Of a stretch of 64,000 nucleotides of DNA, positions 9,471 through 18,742 are shown one piece after another. The stretch lies in contig CAXXTB010000002.1 of the NCBI GenBank assembly GCA_963676795.2, positions 384,001 through 448,000 on the forward strand, read 5' to 3'. Every line of letters begins with the position of its first letter. Within the stretch, counting starts at the first letter, position 1. The translations under genes and the position numbers were made by a program. The notes under the pieces are model-generated. The model had not been told where the DNA came from and did no database searches. It saw only the letters and a program-made list of their open reading frames with translations. This stretch comes from Geopsychrobacteraceae bacterium (GTDB lineage Bacteria > Desulfobacterota > Desulfuromonadia > Desulfuromonadales > Geopsychrobacteraceae).

Positions 9471-11198
9471 ATGAAGATGAGGAAGAGGTTATGGCGTTCT
9501 TTGGCTTTGTGCGGATTAGCCGCGACACTTGCATTAACTGGGGCCTGTAGCAGTAGCAACAGTAGCAGTAGTCATACTCCTTCAGCAGGGGTTTATGATG
9601 AGGATCTGCAGTTTGACGACACAAGCGGAACCGCTATCTCGGTAACTCTCTCGACCGGCGGAGTCGACACGACTCTTAATTTAACCAAGTACACTGTGAC
9701 CTATGTTGCCAATCCTATTGAGATGGCGACAGAGTATTCAGAATGGTTCTTTACCGGCAGTGAGAGTACGGTAACTTTGTCAGATGTCTATTCATACCAG
9801 AAAATGAATATCTATGTACCGGACACGGCAGATCAGGATTCGGCAATTATTTTTGCCGTGAACAATTCCGGTTGGGCCACTCATCCGGTTTCGGAAAGTA
9901 TTGTCGATGGCAATACCTATGAAACAGACTCAGATACCGACAGAGTTGGCGCTGCCTTGGCAGCTGGCTATGTTTTCATTGATGTTGGCACCCGTGGACG
10001 GAATGCCTATGGTGCTGATGACACCTGGCAGGGGAAAGCCCCGGCTGTTGTTGTTGATGCAAAGGCCGCAATTCGTTATTTGCGTTTGAATGATGATGCC
10101 ATGTCAGGCTCGACCGATAAAATCGTTATTACCGGAACCAGTGGCGGTGGCGGTCTGTCGACAGTTATTGCCGCCAGTGGCAACAGCCCAGACTACTATC
10201 CCTACCTGCAGGAGATTGGCGCTGCCGGTATCACCTCATCAGGCGGCAGTACTCTGGATGACGACGTTTTTGCAGTCATCGCGTACTGTCCGATTACCGA
10301 CCTTGGTCATGCCGACATCGCTTACGAGTGGCAGTATGGAGACTTGAGAGCCGAAGGTGATCCTCTTGGCGGGCCGGCGGGTTTCCTGCCTTGGATCGTC
10401 TCGAACCTGACCGCAGACATGCTGACATTGTCACCAACACTTGCCGGTCAATATCCAGCCTATCTGGACAGCCTCGGATTGACTTTCCTGGATGAAAACA
10501 ACGTCCGTCAAGATTTGTCTTCGACGACCATGGAGACAGCGATCACGACCCTGGTCAAGGCTGGCGTCCAGAAAGCTCTGGACGAGGGGGTTGCGGTTCC
10601 GGTTCTCGGTGCAAATTTCAGCATCAATGGCGTTGATTATGAGAACACTTGGGTCGCACATGACGGCACGACTGTCAGCTCCGTCGACTACGATGCGTAC
10701 CTCGTCTTTGTTAAGACGATTTCAGCGCTGAAGGGTGTTCCGTCTTTCGATGTTACCGGAACCGTGGGGATTGACAATGTTGGTAGTGGAGAGAGCAACC
10801 TGTTCGGATCCCCAGATTACCAGTATTCCAACTTCACCCAATGGACCTGGGATAATAATGAGTTTTTAGGTGATGGTTCAGGTCCTGACGATAATGGTGG
10901 ACTGCTTTGGGCTGAATATATCAGCGGTTCTGAACTTGAAAATCAGCTTAAGCTGATCAATCCGATAGTTTACCTGACCGATGACTCCAACGGCGATAAA
11001 GCCCCTTACTGGTACGTCCGTCACGGTTTGATCGATCGCGATACCGCATTTGCCATCGAGGCTGAACTGTTCAACGCCATTGAGAACAATCTGGATGTCG
11101 CAGAAGTGAACTATGCGCTTGCCTACCTGCAGAATCATGGTGGCAACTATGATGTTCAGGAGGCTTATGCCTGGCTGGCCAGTATTCTTGCTGATTGA
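9471..11198 (+). CDS. Lipoprotein alpha/beta-hydrolase, subtype-B tannase (TanA-like) family, copy 2
   Basis: Lipobox LTGA-C followed by a Ser-rich linker; GKAPAVVVDAKAAIRYLR; GTSGGG; WYVRHGLIDRDTA; NHGGNYD. Confidence 0.82.
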   Translation: MKMRKRLWRSLALCGLAATLALTGACSSSNSSSSHTPSAGVYDEDLQFDDTSGTAISVTLSTGGVDTTLNLTKYTVTYVANPIEMATEYSEWFFTGSESTVTLSDVYSYQKMNIYVPDTADQDSAIIFAVNNSGWATHPVSESIVDGNTYETDSDTDRVGAALAAGYVFIDVGTRGRNAYGADDTWQGKAPAVVVDAKAAIRYLRLNDDAMSGSTDKIVITGTSGGGGLSTVIAASGNSPDYYPYLQEIGAAGITSSGGSTLDDDVFAVIAYCPITDLGHADIAYEWQYGDLRAEGDPLGGPAGFLPWIVSNLTADMLTLSPTLAGQYPAYLDSLGLTFLDENNVRQDLSSTTMETAITTLVKAGVQKALDEGVAVPVLGANFSINGVDYENTWVAHDGTTVSSVDYDAYLVFVKTISALKGVPSFDVTGTVGIDNVGSGESNLFGSPDYQYSNFTQWTWDNNEFLGDGSGPDDNGGLLWAEYISGSELENQLKLINPIVYLTDDSNGDKAPYWYVRHGLIDRDTAFAIEAELFNAIENNLDVAEVNYALAYLQNHGGNYDVQEAYAWLASILAD

Positions 11199-11226
11199 TA
11201 GTGATCGATTTTGAAATGAATTTTAA

Positions 11227-11251
11227 TGGGCGGAGTAATCCGCCCTTTTTT
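11227..11251 (+). terminator. Terminator between convergent genes
   Basis: GGGCGGA-GTAA-TCCGCCC followed by T6. Confidence 0.8.
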
Positions 11252-11960
11252 ATTCAAAAAAATTTGCAGGATTGTTCAGTCTGCTTTTTCTTTTCCGCCA
11301 GTCCGGCAAATACCGATCCATAAACCGATAAAACCGTTCATTGTGATAGCGCTCCAGCAGGTGAATCAACTCATGGACGATGACATACTCGATCTCTTCA
11401 ACGGCATACATCCCCAGATTACGATTCAGCCAGATCCTTTTTTGCTGAATATTACAGCTTCCCCAGCGGGTCTTCATGGTTTTCAGGCGCCACTCGTTGA
11501 TTGAGGCACCGATGCGCCGTTGCCAGGTCTCAAGCAAGTCGGGTATTACGCTGTTCAGGTAATCTGTGCAGATAACCAGAAAGAGCTCATGTTTGAGAGC
11601 TTCATCGGCTGTTGCCGGAAGATGAAAGATCAGTTCCTGATTCTGCTCTGTAATCTTTATGGTGTTGTCTGGCTGAGAGATTTTGAGCAGATAGGGTCGC
11701 CCCCTGTAGAGCAGGCGTTGTCCGTCGGCAAAGGCAGTGACCGTCTTTTCTCTCAGGGGCTCAGCCTGCTTTAACCGTCTATCAATCCAGCTCTTTTTCA
11801 GGCGGATGAAGTTTTCAATTTCGCTCAGCCCAACCCGAACAGGGGCGCTGACCCTCAGGTCAGATGTTTCTCTGTTGATGCGCAGATAGATATGCTTGAT
11901 CGGTTTGCGGGTAAGACAAACTTTATAACCACAGATGTTGTGACAGCTCTGTTTCATCAT
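11250..11960 (-). CDS. M48/YgjP (DUF45, SprT-like) metal-dependent hydrolase
   Basis: MKTRWGSCN, EYVIVHELIHLLERYHNERFY (HExxH). Confidence 0.92.
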   Translation of the reverse strand: MMKQSCHNICGYKVCLTRKPIKHIYLRINRETSDLRVSAPVRVGLSEIENFIRLKKSWIDRRLKQAEPLREKTVTAFADGQRLLYRGRPYLLKISQPDNTIKITEQNQELIFHLPATADEALKHELFLVICTDYLNSVIPDLLETWQRRIGASINEWRLKTMKTRWGSCNIQQKRIWLNRNLGMYAVEEIEYVIVHELIHLLERYHNERFYRFMDRYLPDWRKRKSRLNNPANFFE

Positions 11961-12017
11961 CCGCTGTTGCTCAGAATTGTGTTCAGTAAAAATATATCTT
12001 TGAACGGAATAAAGCAG

Positions 12018-12046
12018 TTGACATCGATATTCTTAAGATATATAAC
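12018..12046 (+). promoter_or_regulatory. Sigma70-type promoter
   Basis: TTGACA (12018-12023), 17-bp spacer, TATAAC (12041-12046). Confidence 0.75.
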
Positions 12047-12051
12047 GCAAT

Positions 12052-12168
12052 GAATAGCGAACGTCTCTTCTTCTCGAAATCACTGCTGTGTCGCTCACAC
12101 AGGCGGAAGAGCCTTCACACCCATTTGCTTTTGCCGGATGACATTGTCGTTGTCCGGCAATTTTTTTT
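12052..12168 (+). ncRNA. Candidate stand-alone small RNA (about 115 nt)
   Basis: Near-consensus promoter, internal hairpin CTGTGT-CGCTC-ACACAG, terminator TTGCCGGATGAC/GTTGTCCGGCAA plus T8; no same-strand gene downstream. Confidence 0.55.
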
Positions 12169-12226
12169 ATAAGAAAAGCCCTTTTTTTGAAAAGGGCTTC
12201 CAAGCTTGTATCAAGGAAAAAACAGC

Positions 12227-12418
12227 TTATTTGCCGTCAACAATCTGGTAGCTTTCTGCATTGTCCGGACGGTCTTTGCTTTCAGCGACAAGTCTGCCTT
12301 TTTTCTGGCAGATTGGACAGACGCCGAAGTTGTCATATTCCATATCTTCTAAAGTAAATCTGTAGTTTTTGTTGCACATGTCACAACGGAAAAACATCCA
12401 ATAAGGGCCCCAAGACAT
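12227..12418 (-). CDS. Small zinc-ribbon-like protein (63 aa)
   Basis: CDMC...CPIC pairs, AGGAGG RBS, terminator-like hairpin at 12176-12200. Confidence 0.75.
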   Translation of the reverse strand: MSWGPYWMFFRCDMCNKNYRFTLEDMEYDNFGVCPICQKKGRLVAESKDRPDNAESYQIVDGK

Positions 12419-12553
12419 CTTGTATCATCCTCCTGCTGTATTCTTTGTGTCGAAAAACGCATGGTAACTTTTACCGCATGTAAGGATGCACCAAAGAGCT
12501 GCAGATGCCAAGCAGTTTGAGGCGTATTTTGTGATTTATGGGAAAGATGATAT

Positions 12554-14170
12554 TTACAGGGCTTCGGTCAGCCGTACTTGACAGATCAGGCGTTCTTCTT
12601 CGCAGCGCTGTTCCGACCAGTTCAGCTCGTTGGCCATGATCCGGATGACCTTATCAACCGATTGCAGGGCTGCGGATTGGTCGATGAGGGCCAACGGGGT
12701 TCTGCGGGCCAGAACATCGATTGCACGCCGGGCATGCTCATAGCGCGTCGCGTAGATGATCTCTGCAATGAGGACAGGGTGCTCCGGATGCAGCCTCTGC
12801 CGGGCGTTCTGATCTGAGAGTTGGAGGATCTTTGGGGCCTGATCACCGTAATTCCGGGTCAGGTAGGCGGCGATGTCGCTGGCAATCGCGTAATCGTCTT
12901 CCAGTTGTTGCGCCAGATCATCGCTATAGCCTGATGCCCCCAGGATCGCCAGATTTTCTGTCCGGCATTCCCGCTGTTCTGCCGCGAGTGAAAAGATGCG
13001 GAGCGCATGGTCCAGACAGTCTTTGGCCATCTTGCGGTAGGTTGTCCATTTGCCGCCGCAGATTGTTACCAGGCCGCTGGCGCTGGTCTGAATCAGGTGT
13101 TCCCTGACCAGTTCCGCGGTGTCTGCGGCATCAGGATCAGACACCAGGGGGCGCAAGCCGGTCCAGACGGATGTGATGTCCTGCCGCGTAACCGGTTTGT
13201 TAAAATAGCTGGTGAGATGGTGAAGGAGGTAATCGATCTCCTTTTCGAGCGGGCGCGGGTGTTCGCTGAGCTGGGCCGGTTCATCGGTTGTCCCGACCAG
13301 GACATGGTCCTCCCAGGGGAGGGCGAAGAGGACCCGGCCGTCGTCAGTCTGCGGTATCATCAGCCCCGCTTCAGCGGAAAACAGTGACTTGTCGAGAACG
13401 ATATGGATGCCGCTGCTGGTCGTCAGCAGCGGTTTCGCCTGCGGATCATCCAGGCTACGCAGCTGATCACAGAAGGGGCCGGTCGCATTGATGATGCCGC
13501 GGGCCTTCAGTCTCAGTTCCTGTGCCGAAAAACGATCCTGCACGATGACGCCGGAGATCTTACCGCCCAGTTTCATAAAGCCGGTGACCTTGATCTGGTT
13601 GCAGATCGTCGCGCCAAGTCTCTCGGCGCTCAGTGCCAGGGCGAGGGCGAGCCTGGCGTCGTGAAACTGGCCGTCATAATAAAGGACCCCGGCTTTCAGT
13701 CCCTTGGCCTTTATCCCGGGTAGTCTGCGCAGTGTTTCGCTGCGGCTGAGCAGCTGACTGTGTCCCAGCCGGCGTGAGCCGGAGAGCAGGTCGTACAGCT
13801 TGAGACCTGAGAAGATGTAGGGGATTTCGTGCCAGCTGTAGAGCGGGGTGATCAGTTCGAGCCGGTGTGCCAGGTGGCGGGCGTTACGCAGCAGCAGCGC
13901 TCTTTCGTGAAGCCCTTCTCTGACCAGGTCGAACTGTGCCCTGTCCAGTTTGCGGACCGCCTTTTCGAGATAGCGGACCCCGCCATGAACCAGTTTGGTG
14001 CTGCGGCTGCTGGTCCCTTCGGCAAAATCGTTCTGTTCGACCAGGGCAACCTTCAGTCCGCGGCTGGCGGCATCAAGAGCGGTGCCGCAGCCTGTGGCCC
14101 CGCCGCCAATGATGATCAGATCATAGGGGGCATTTTGCTTGAGTGCGTGGAGATTCTCCTGGCGGTTCAT
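12554..14170 (-). CDS. glpD: FAD-dependent glycerol-3-phosphate dehydrogenase
   Basis: GGGATG, GTSSRSTKLVHGGVRYLE, GGKWTTYRKMA. Confidence 0.95.
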   Translation of the reverse strand: MNRQENLHALKQNAPYDLIIIGGGATGCGTALDAASRGLKVALVEQNDFAEGTSSRSTKLVHGGVRYLEKAVRKLDRAQFDLVREGLHERALLLRNARHLAHRLELITPLYSWHEIPYIFSGLKLYDLLSGSRRLGHSQLLSRSETLRRLPGIKAKGLKAGVLYYDGQFHDARLALALALSAERLGATICNQIKVTGFMKLGGKISGVIVQDRFSAQELRLKARGIINATGPFCDQLRSLDDPQAKPLLTTSSGIHIVLDKSLFSAEAGLMIPQTDDGRVLFALPWEDHVLVGTTDEPAQLSEHPRPLEKEIDYLLHHLTSYFNKPVTRQDITSVWTGLRPLVSDPDAADTAELVREHLIQTSASGLVTICGGKWTTYRKMAKDCLDHALRIFSLAAEQRECRTENLAILGASGYSDDLAQQLEDDYAIASDIAAYLTRNYGDQAPKILQLSDQNARQRLHPEHPVLIAEIIYATRYEHARRAIDVLARRTPLALIDQSAALQSVDKVIRIMANELNWSEQRCEEERLICQVRLTEAL

Positions 14171-14266
14171 AATCCTCTTCCGGTCGCTAAGCAAGGCTGC
14201 TAAAAATACTATACACTATACAATATTGAGATGTTGGCTCGCTTATGAGATCTCCGGGGAGGACCG

Positions 14267-15751
14267 ATGAACTGTCATATTCTTGCGATTGACCAGGGGA
14301 CAACCAGTACCCGGGCGATGATTTTCAGCGCTGCCGGACGTTGTGTCGTCAGGGCGCAACGTGAACTGAAGCAGATCTATCCGCGTGATGGCTGGGTTGA
14401 GCACGATCCTGAAGAGATTTGGGCCGCGACGCTGACCGTCTGCCGGGAGGCCCTCAAAGGAGCGGCTGCAGCCGGTATATCGGTGGCCGGAATCGGCATG
14501 ACCAACCAGCGCGAGACGACGCTGATCTGGAACCGTGAGACCGGCAAGCCGATCTACAATGCCATTGTCTGGCAGGATCGCCGCACCGCCGATCACTGTA
14601 GCGAACTGAAAGACCAGGGCTATGAGGCTGAGATCTGCAGGACAACCGGTCTGTTGCTCGATCCCTATTTTTCAGCAACCAAAATCTGCTGGCTGCTGGA
14701 TAATGTTGCGGGGGCCCGTCAGCTTGCCGAACGGGGTGAACTGGCCTTCGGCACGATCGACAGTTTTCTGCTCTGGAGGCTGACCAATGGGCGCAGCCAC
14801 CTGACCGATGTGACTAATGCTTCGCGGACACTGCTGATGAATCTGGAAGAGCAGCGCTGGGATGAGCGTATGCTCGAGATCTTCGAGATCCCTGCGGCCA
14901 TGCTGCCGGAAATCAGGGATTGCGCCGCTGATTTTGGTGACAGCGAGGAGGCGCTTCTCGGCGTCTCACTGCCGATTGTCGGAATCGCCGGAGATCAGCA
15001 GGCGGCGACTATCGGCCAGGCCTGTTTCGAGCCCGGCATGATCAAGGCGACATACGGAACGGGCTGCTTCGTGCTGCTCAACACCGGGGAGAAGATCTGC
15101 TACTCCGGCAACCGGCTTGTCACAACGCTTGCCTATCGACTCGGCGGTCAAAGCTGTTATGCCCTTGAGGGTTCGATCTTTGCGGCGGGTTCCGCTATCC
15201 AGTGGCTGCGTGATGGCCTGGGACTGATCCAGTCGGCGGACGAGGTTGAAGCCCTGGCCGGGCAGCTCAAGTCGAATCGTGGCGTTTACATGGTTCCGGC
15301 GTTCACTGGTCTGGGGGCTCCGTACTGGGATCCTCAGGCACGGGGGGCGCTGTTCGGGCTGACCCGTGACAGTGGCAAAGCTGAAATCGCCAGGGCGACC
15401 CTTGAGTCGATCGCCTACCAGACGAAAGATCTGATCGAGGCACTGGAGAAGGACAGCGGCAAGCGGATAGCGACGTTGCGGGTCGATGGCGGAATGACCG
15501 GCAATCGCTGGCTGATACAGTTTATTGCAAACATCCTGGGCATTCCGGTCGCCCGACCGGTGGTCGCTGAAACCACGGCCCTGGGGGCGGCATTTCTGGC
15601 GGCGTTGCGGCTGGGAGTTTACACCTCACTGGACGAGATTGCCGAAACATGGCAAGCTCAAGAGGAGTTTGTTCCGGACTACTGCGAACAGCAGCGTGAA
15701 GGGCTGTTGGCCGGTTGGCGCAAAGCCGTGGCCCGGACACTGGAGTCCTGA
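14267..15751 (+). CDS. glpK: Glycerol kinase
   Basis: IDQGTTSTRA, TNQRETT, GDQQAA, TYGTGCF, FTGLGAPYWD. Confidence 0.97.
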   Translation: MNCHILAIDQGTTSTRAMIFSAAGRCVVRAQRELKQIYPRDGWVEHDPEEIWAATLTVCREALKGAAAAGISVAGIGMTNQRETTLIWNRETGKPIYNAIVWQDRRTADHCSELKDQGYEAEICRTTGLLLDPYFSATKICWLLDNVAGARQLAERGELAFGTIDSFLLWRLTNGRSHLTDVTNASRTLLMNLEEQRWDERMLEIFEIPAAMLPEIRDCAADFGDSEEALLGVSLPIVGIAGDQQAATIGQACFEPGMIKATYGTGCFVLLNTGEKICYSGNRLVTTLAYRLGGQSCYALEGSIFAAGSAIQWLRDGLGLIQSADEVEALAGQLKSNRGVYMVPAFTGLGAPYWDPQARGALFGLTRDSGKAEIARATLESIAYQTKDLIEALEKDSGKRIATLRVDGGMTGNRWLIQFIANILGIPVARPVVAETTALGAAFLAALRLGVYTSLDEIAETWQAQEEFVPDYCEQQREGLLAGWRKAVARTLES

Positions 15752-15759
15752 GCTTTCAG

Positions 15760-15803
15760 CCTTCTCCATGAGGGAGAAGGTGCCCGCAGGGCGGATGAGG
15801 GGG
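15760..15803. repeat. REP-like palindromic repeat
   Basis: CCTTCTCC-ATGAG-GGAGAAGG followed by GCCCGCAGGGC-GGATGAGGG, an intergenic repeat type common in Proteobacteria. Confidence 0.6.
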
Positions 15804-15899
15804 ACTCTCCCTCAGAGCGCCGGGATGTTTTTGCCTTTCTAGGGCTTTCAGTTTGCTCGACCTATGCACTTTCAGTGCATAGTGGTTTAGGAGGGATTC

Positions 15900-16508
15900 T
15901 TGATTCTTGGTCTGACCGGAAATATCGCTTCCGGTAAAAGTACGATTGCCGCTGAGCTGCGCAAAAGAGGAGCCGTTATCATCGATGCCGATCAGCTGGC
16001 CCGCCAGGTTGTTGAACCCGGGAATCCAACCCTGGAAAAAATTGCCGAGGTCTTCGGATCGCAGGTGCTGACCACCGCCGGGGGGCTTGATCGCGACCTG
16101 TTGGGGAGCCTGATCTTTGCCGATGAAAGCAAGCGCAACCAGCTCAATGCGATTATCCATCCGGCGATTGCGGCGCTGGCCGATGCGCAAATGCGAGAGC
16201 TTGCCGGGCGCCGGGATATCCCGCTGCTGGTTTACGAAGCCCCGCTGCTGTACGAGGTCGGCGCTGATGCAAGGGTCGACAGGGTGCTGCTGATCAGGGT
16301 CGATCCCCAGGTTCAGTTACAGCGCCTGATGAGCCGTAACGGCTTTTCTGAACTGGAGGCGCGACAGCGGATCGCGTCCCAGATGGATCAGTCAGAAAAG
16401 GAGCGGCGGGCCGATTTTGTCATCGACAATTCCGGCTCGCTGGAGCTGACCCTGGAGCAGGTTGATCAGTTCTGGAGTCGCTGGGTTGCATCAGGCGGTG
16501 AAAAATGA
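15900..16508 (+). CDS. coaE: Dephospho-CoA kinase
   Basis: GLTGNIASGKST, IDADQLARQVV, LNAIIHP, ADFVIDNSG; TTG start after GGAGG. Confidence 0.95.
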   Translation: MILGLTGNIASGKSTIAAELRKRGAVIIDADQLARQVVEPGNPTLEKIAEVFGSQVLTTAGGLDRDLLGSLIFADESKRNQLNAIIHPAIAALADAQMRELAGRRDIPLLVYEAPLLYEVGADARVDRVLLIRVDPQVQLQRLMSRNGFSELEARQRIASQMDQSEKERRADFVIDNSGSLELTLEQVDQFWSRWVASGGEK

Positions 16509-16540
16509 GTGGTGATTTTTGTTCGGTCTGTTCAAATAAC

Positions 16541-16570
16541 AAAGGCTTTCCCTTGCGAGGAAAGCCTTTT
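16541..16570. terminator. Bidirectional terminator
   Basis: AAAGGCTTTCC / GGAAAGCCTTT between convergent coaE and IclR genes. Confidence 0.8.
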
Positions 16571-16596
16571 GCTTTAGATTCATTCAATTGTCTGGA

Positions 16597-17379
16597 TCAG
16601 AGTGGAAAGCCGAGGCGGGTCGAAAGCTCTGTCGCGGCTTTCTGAACCAGCGGCATCAGTTCTTTTTCGATCCGTTCATCGCTGACGCGCATGGTCGGCC
16701 CGGAGGTGCTGATCGCTCCGACGATCCGCCGGGTGTAATCGCGGATCGGCGCTGCGACGCAGCGGACGCCGAGGTCGAGTTCTTCGTCGTCGATGGCATA
16801 GCCCTGCTCACGGACCTTCACAAGTTCCTTCTTGAGGTCCTCGGCGCATTTGATCGTGCTCGGTGTGTACTGATCGAAGCTCAGTTTGGCGATAACTGCG
16901 TCGAGTTCTTCTTCCGACATGTAAGCCAGGTGAACCTTGCCACTCGCTGTTGCGTAAGCCGGCAGACGCGAACCGACGCGGGAAACGACACGGACGGTCA
17001 GGTTGGTTTCAACGACATCCAGATAGACGACGTGGTTTTCCTTGTAAATGGCCACATAGGATGTTTCGTTACAGTCTTCAACCATCTGTTCAAGGATCGG
17101 CTTGGCCTGACGTAGCAGACCCATCTGCTTGATGAAGGTCTGCCCCAGCTCAAGCGATTTCAGGCCGAGTCGGTAGTTTTCTGTCGCCCTATTCTGCTCG
17201 ATGTAGCCGCGCGATTCAAGCGTCGCCAGCAGGCGAAAGACATTGTTTTTATGTAATTTCAGGCGTTTGCTGAGTTCTGTGACTCCCAGCTCATCGACGT
17301 CATCGTGGAACTGCTCAAGCAGGTCAAGGGCGTGCGAAACCGCCTGGATGATATATTCTGATTTGTCTTTTTTGACCAT
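16597..17379 (-). CDS. IclR family transcriptional regulator
   Basis: N-terminal HTH (LGVTELSKRLKLHKNNVFRLLATL), GYAIDDEE, CVAAPI. Confidence 0.95.
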   Translation of the reverse strand: MVKKDKSEYIIQAVSHALDLLEQFHDDVDELGVTELSKRLKLHKNNVFRLLATLESRGYIEQNRATENYRLGLKSLELGQTFIKQMGLLRQAKPILEQMVEDCNETSYVAIYKENHVVYLDVVETNLTVRVVSRVGSRLPAYATASGKVHLAYMSEEELDAVIAKLSFDQYTPSTIKCAEDLKKELVKVREQGYAIDDEELDLGVRCVAAPIRDYTRRIVGAISTSGPTMRVSDERIEKELMPLVQKAATELSTRLGFPL

Positions 17380-17548
17380 GTGATATCTACCCTTCGCGAT
17401 TGTTTACTAGGACGGAGATTCTATCCGTCGAAAATATGGGTGTCAAGAAGTATAGGATGACTCCGGTCGCATAACAGGGGAAAGTCGCTATGAATTGTAG
17501 AATGATGTTTTATTTTTGTCCAGCGCGGATCAGTCGAAAAGCGCCCGG

Positions 17549-18742
17549 TCAGCCGTTTTTTATGACTTCAGCAAGAACCGCTGTCGCGTAGGATCCCTTG
17601 GGCAGGCTGAAGTTAAGCAGCAGGTCCCCATTGTCAAGACTTTCGCAGGTGACACCGCCAAGTGGCACCCTGAGGGCCCGGCGCTCGCCGGGCAGCGACA
17701 ATCCTGAGCCCAGTTTCCAGCTCTCCGTGGTCAAGCTGGTCCGCTCCAGCTCGGCCTGTTCAATCCGGCCCGCTTCCCCTTCGGCGAGCATGACCTTGGG
17801 GCCAAACAGCGGAGCTGTCGGGCTGATCTCGAACTGGTCTGCTCTGGCTTGTTCTATTTCGGCGTTTTCGACCCGGAAACAGGCGCCGTTGACATGCTTG
17901 ATAGCGATGTCTCCATCGAGCAAAGTAGAAAGGCTGTTGAGTCGCAGCCGCAGGATCGCGTTGAACAGCTCCGACTGCAGTGCGGAGAGGAACAGGCGCA
18001 GCAGGTTGCGGGGCAGTGCGTTTACAGCCTGCCGATGAGATTTTCCCGCGAGCAGCTGTTTCAGCAGTTTTTTCTCGTCGCGCATGCGCAGCGGCAGAGC
18101 ATCCATAGCCCCCTGGAGGTCTTGTGCGCGGTAGGCTGTCGCCGCAGCTTTCCAGGCCTCATTGCGGATCAGCTGCGGGTCGCCGAGCAGTTCCAGGCAG
18201 AACTCCTGGTAGTTCTGTTGGGCCAGCAGCAGGCCGAGGGTCGCGGAGTTGCCGAGCACTCCGTAGCGCTGTTCGCCGAACAGGTTGGGAACTCCTGCCT
18301 GTTCCAGGCGTCGCAGGGTTTGGCTGGCCAGGGGGAGCGCATTCACCACGGGATCGCTGATGCGGATGGTAAAACGGTTACCGGCCAGATGGCCGATGCG
18401 CAGTTTGTTGCTGTGTTTCTGGAGCGATAGAATGCTCGCCTTGTGCAGTTCGAGCCGATCGAGTTGCGCTTCGCATCTGGCCGGGATCGAAATCATCTGG
18501 CGGGTCAGGGCCCGCGCATCTTTCAATCCGGCATAGCCGATCTCATGGCCTTTGAGATGCAGCGCATCGGCGATCTGTTGCATCAGGTTGTTGGTCGTGA
18601 TGCCTGATTTCTCGATCCACAGGTAGAGATGCTCGCCCTCCCCGCAGCAGGGGTAGAGCGGAATCTCTTCGACGATGAAATGCTCCGGCTCTTCCTTGTA
18701 GGTTCCTCCGGTGCCGGGGATGTCGGCTGTCAGCCAGCTCAT
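17549..18742 (-). CDS. truD: tRNA pseudouridine(13) synthase
   Basis: YAGLKDARALTRQ, GNRFTIRI, PNLFGEQRYG, FSLPKGSYAT. Confidence 0.95.
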   Translation of the reverse strand: MSWLTADIPGTGGTYKEEPEHFIVEEIPLYPCCGEGEHLYLWIEKSGITTNNLMQQIADALHLKGHEIGYAGLKDARALTRQMISIPARCEAQLDRLELHKASILSLQKHSNKLRIGHLAGNRFTIRISDPVVNALPLASQTLRRLEQAGVPNLFGEQRYGVLGNSATLGLLLAQQNYQEFCLELLGDPQLIRNEAWKAAATAYRAQDLQGAMDALPLRMRDEKKLLKQLLAGKSHRQAVNALPRNLLRLFLSALQSELFNAILRLRLNSLSTLLDGDIAIKHVNGACFRVENAEIEQARADQFEISPTAPLFGPKVMLAEGEAGRIEQAELERTSLTTESWKLGSGLSLPGERRALRVPLGGVTCESLDNGDLLLNFSLPKGSYATAVLAEVIKNG

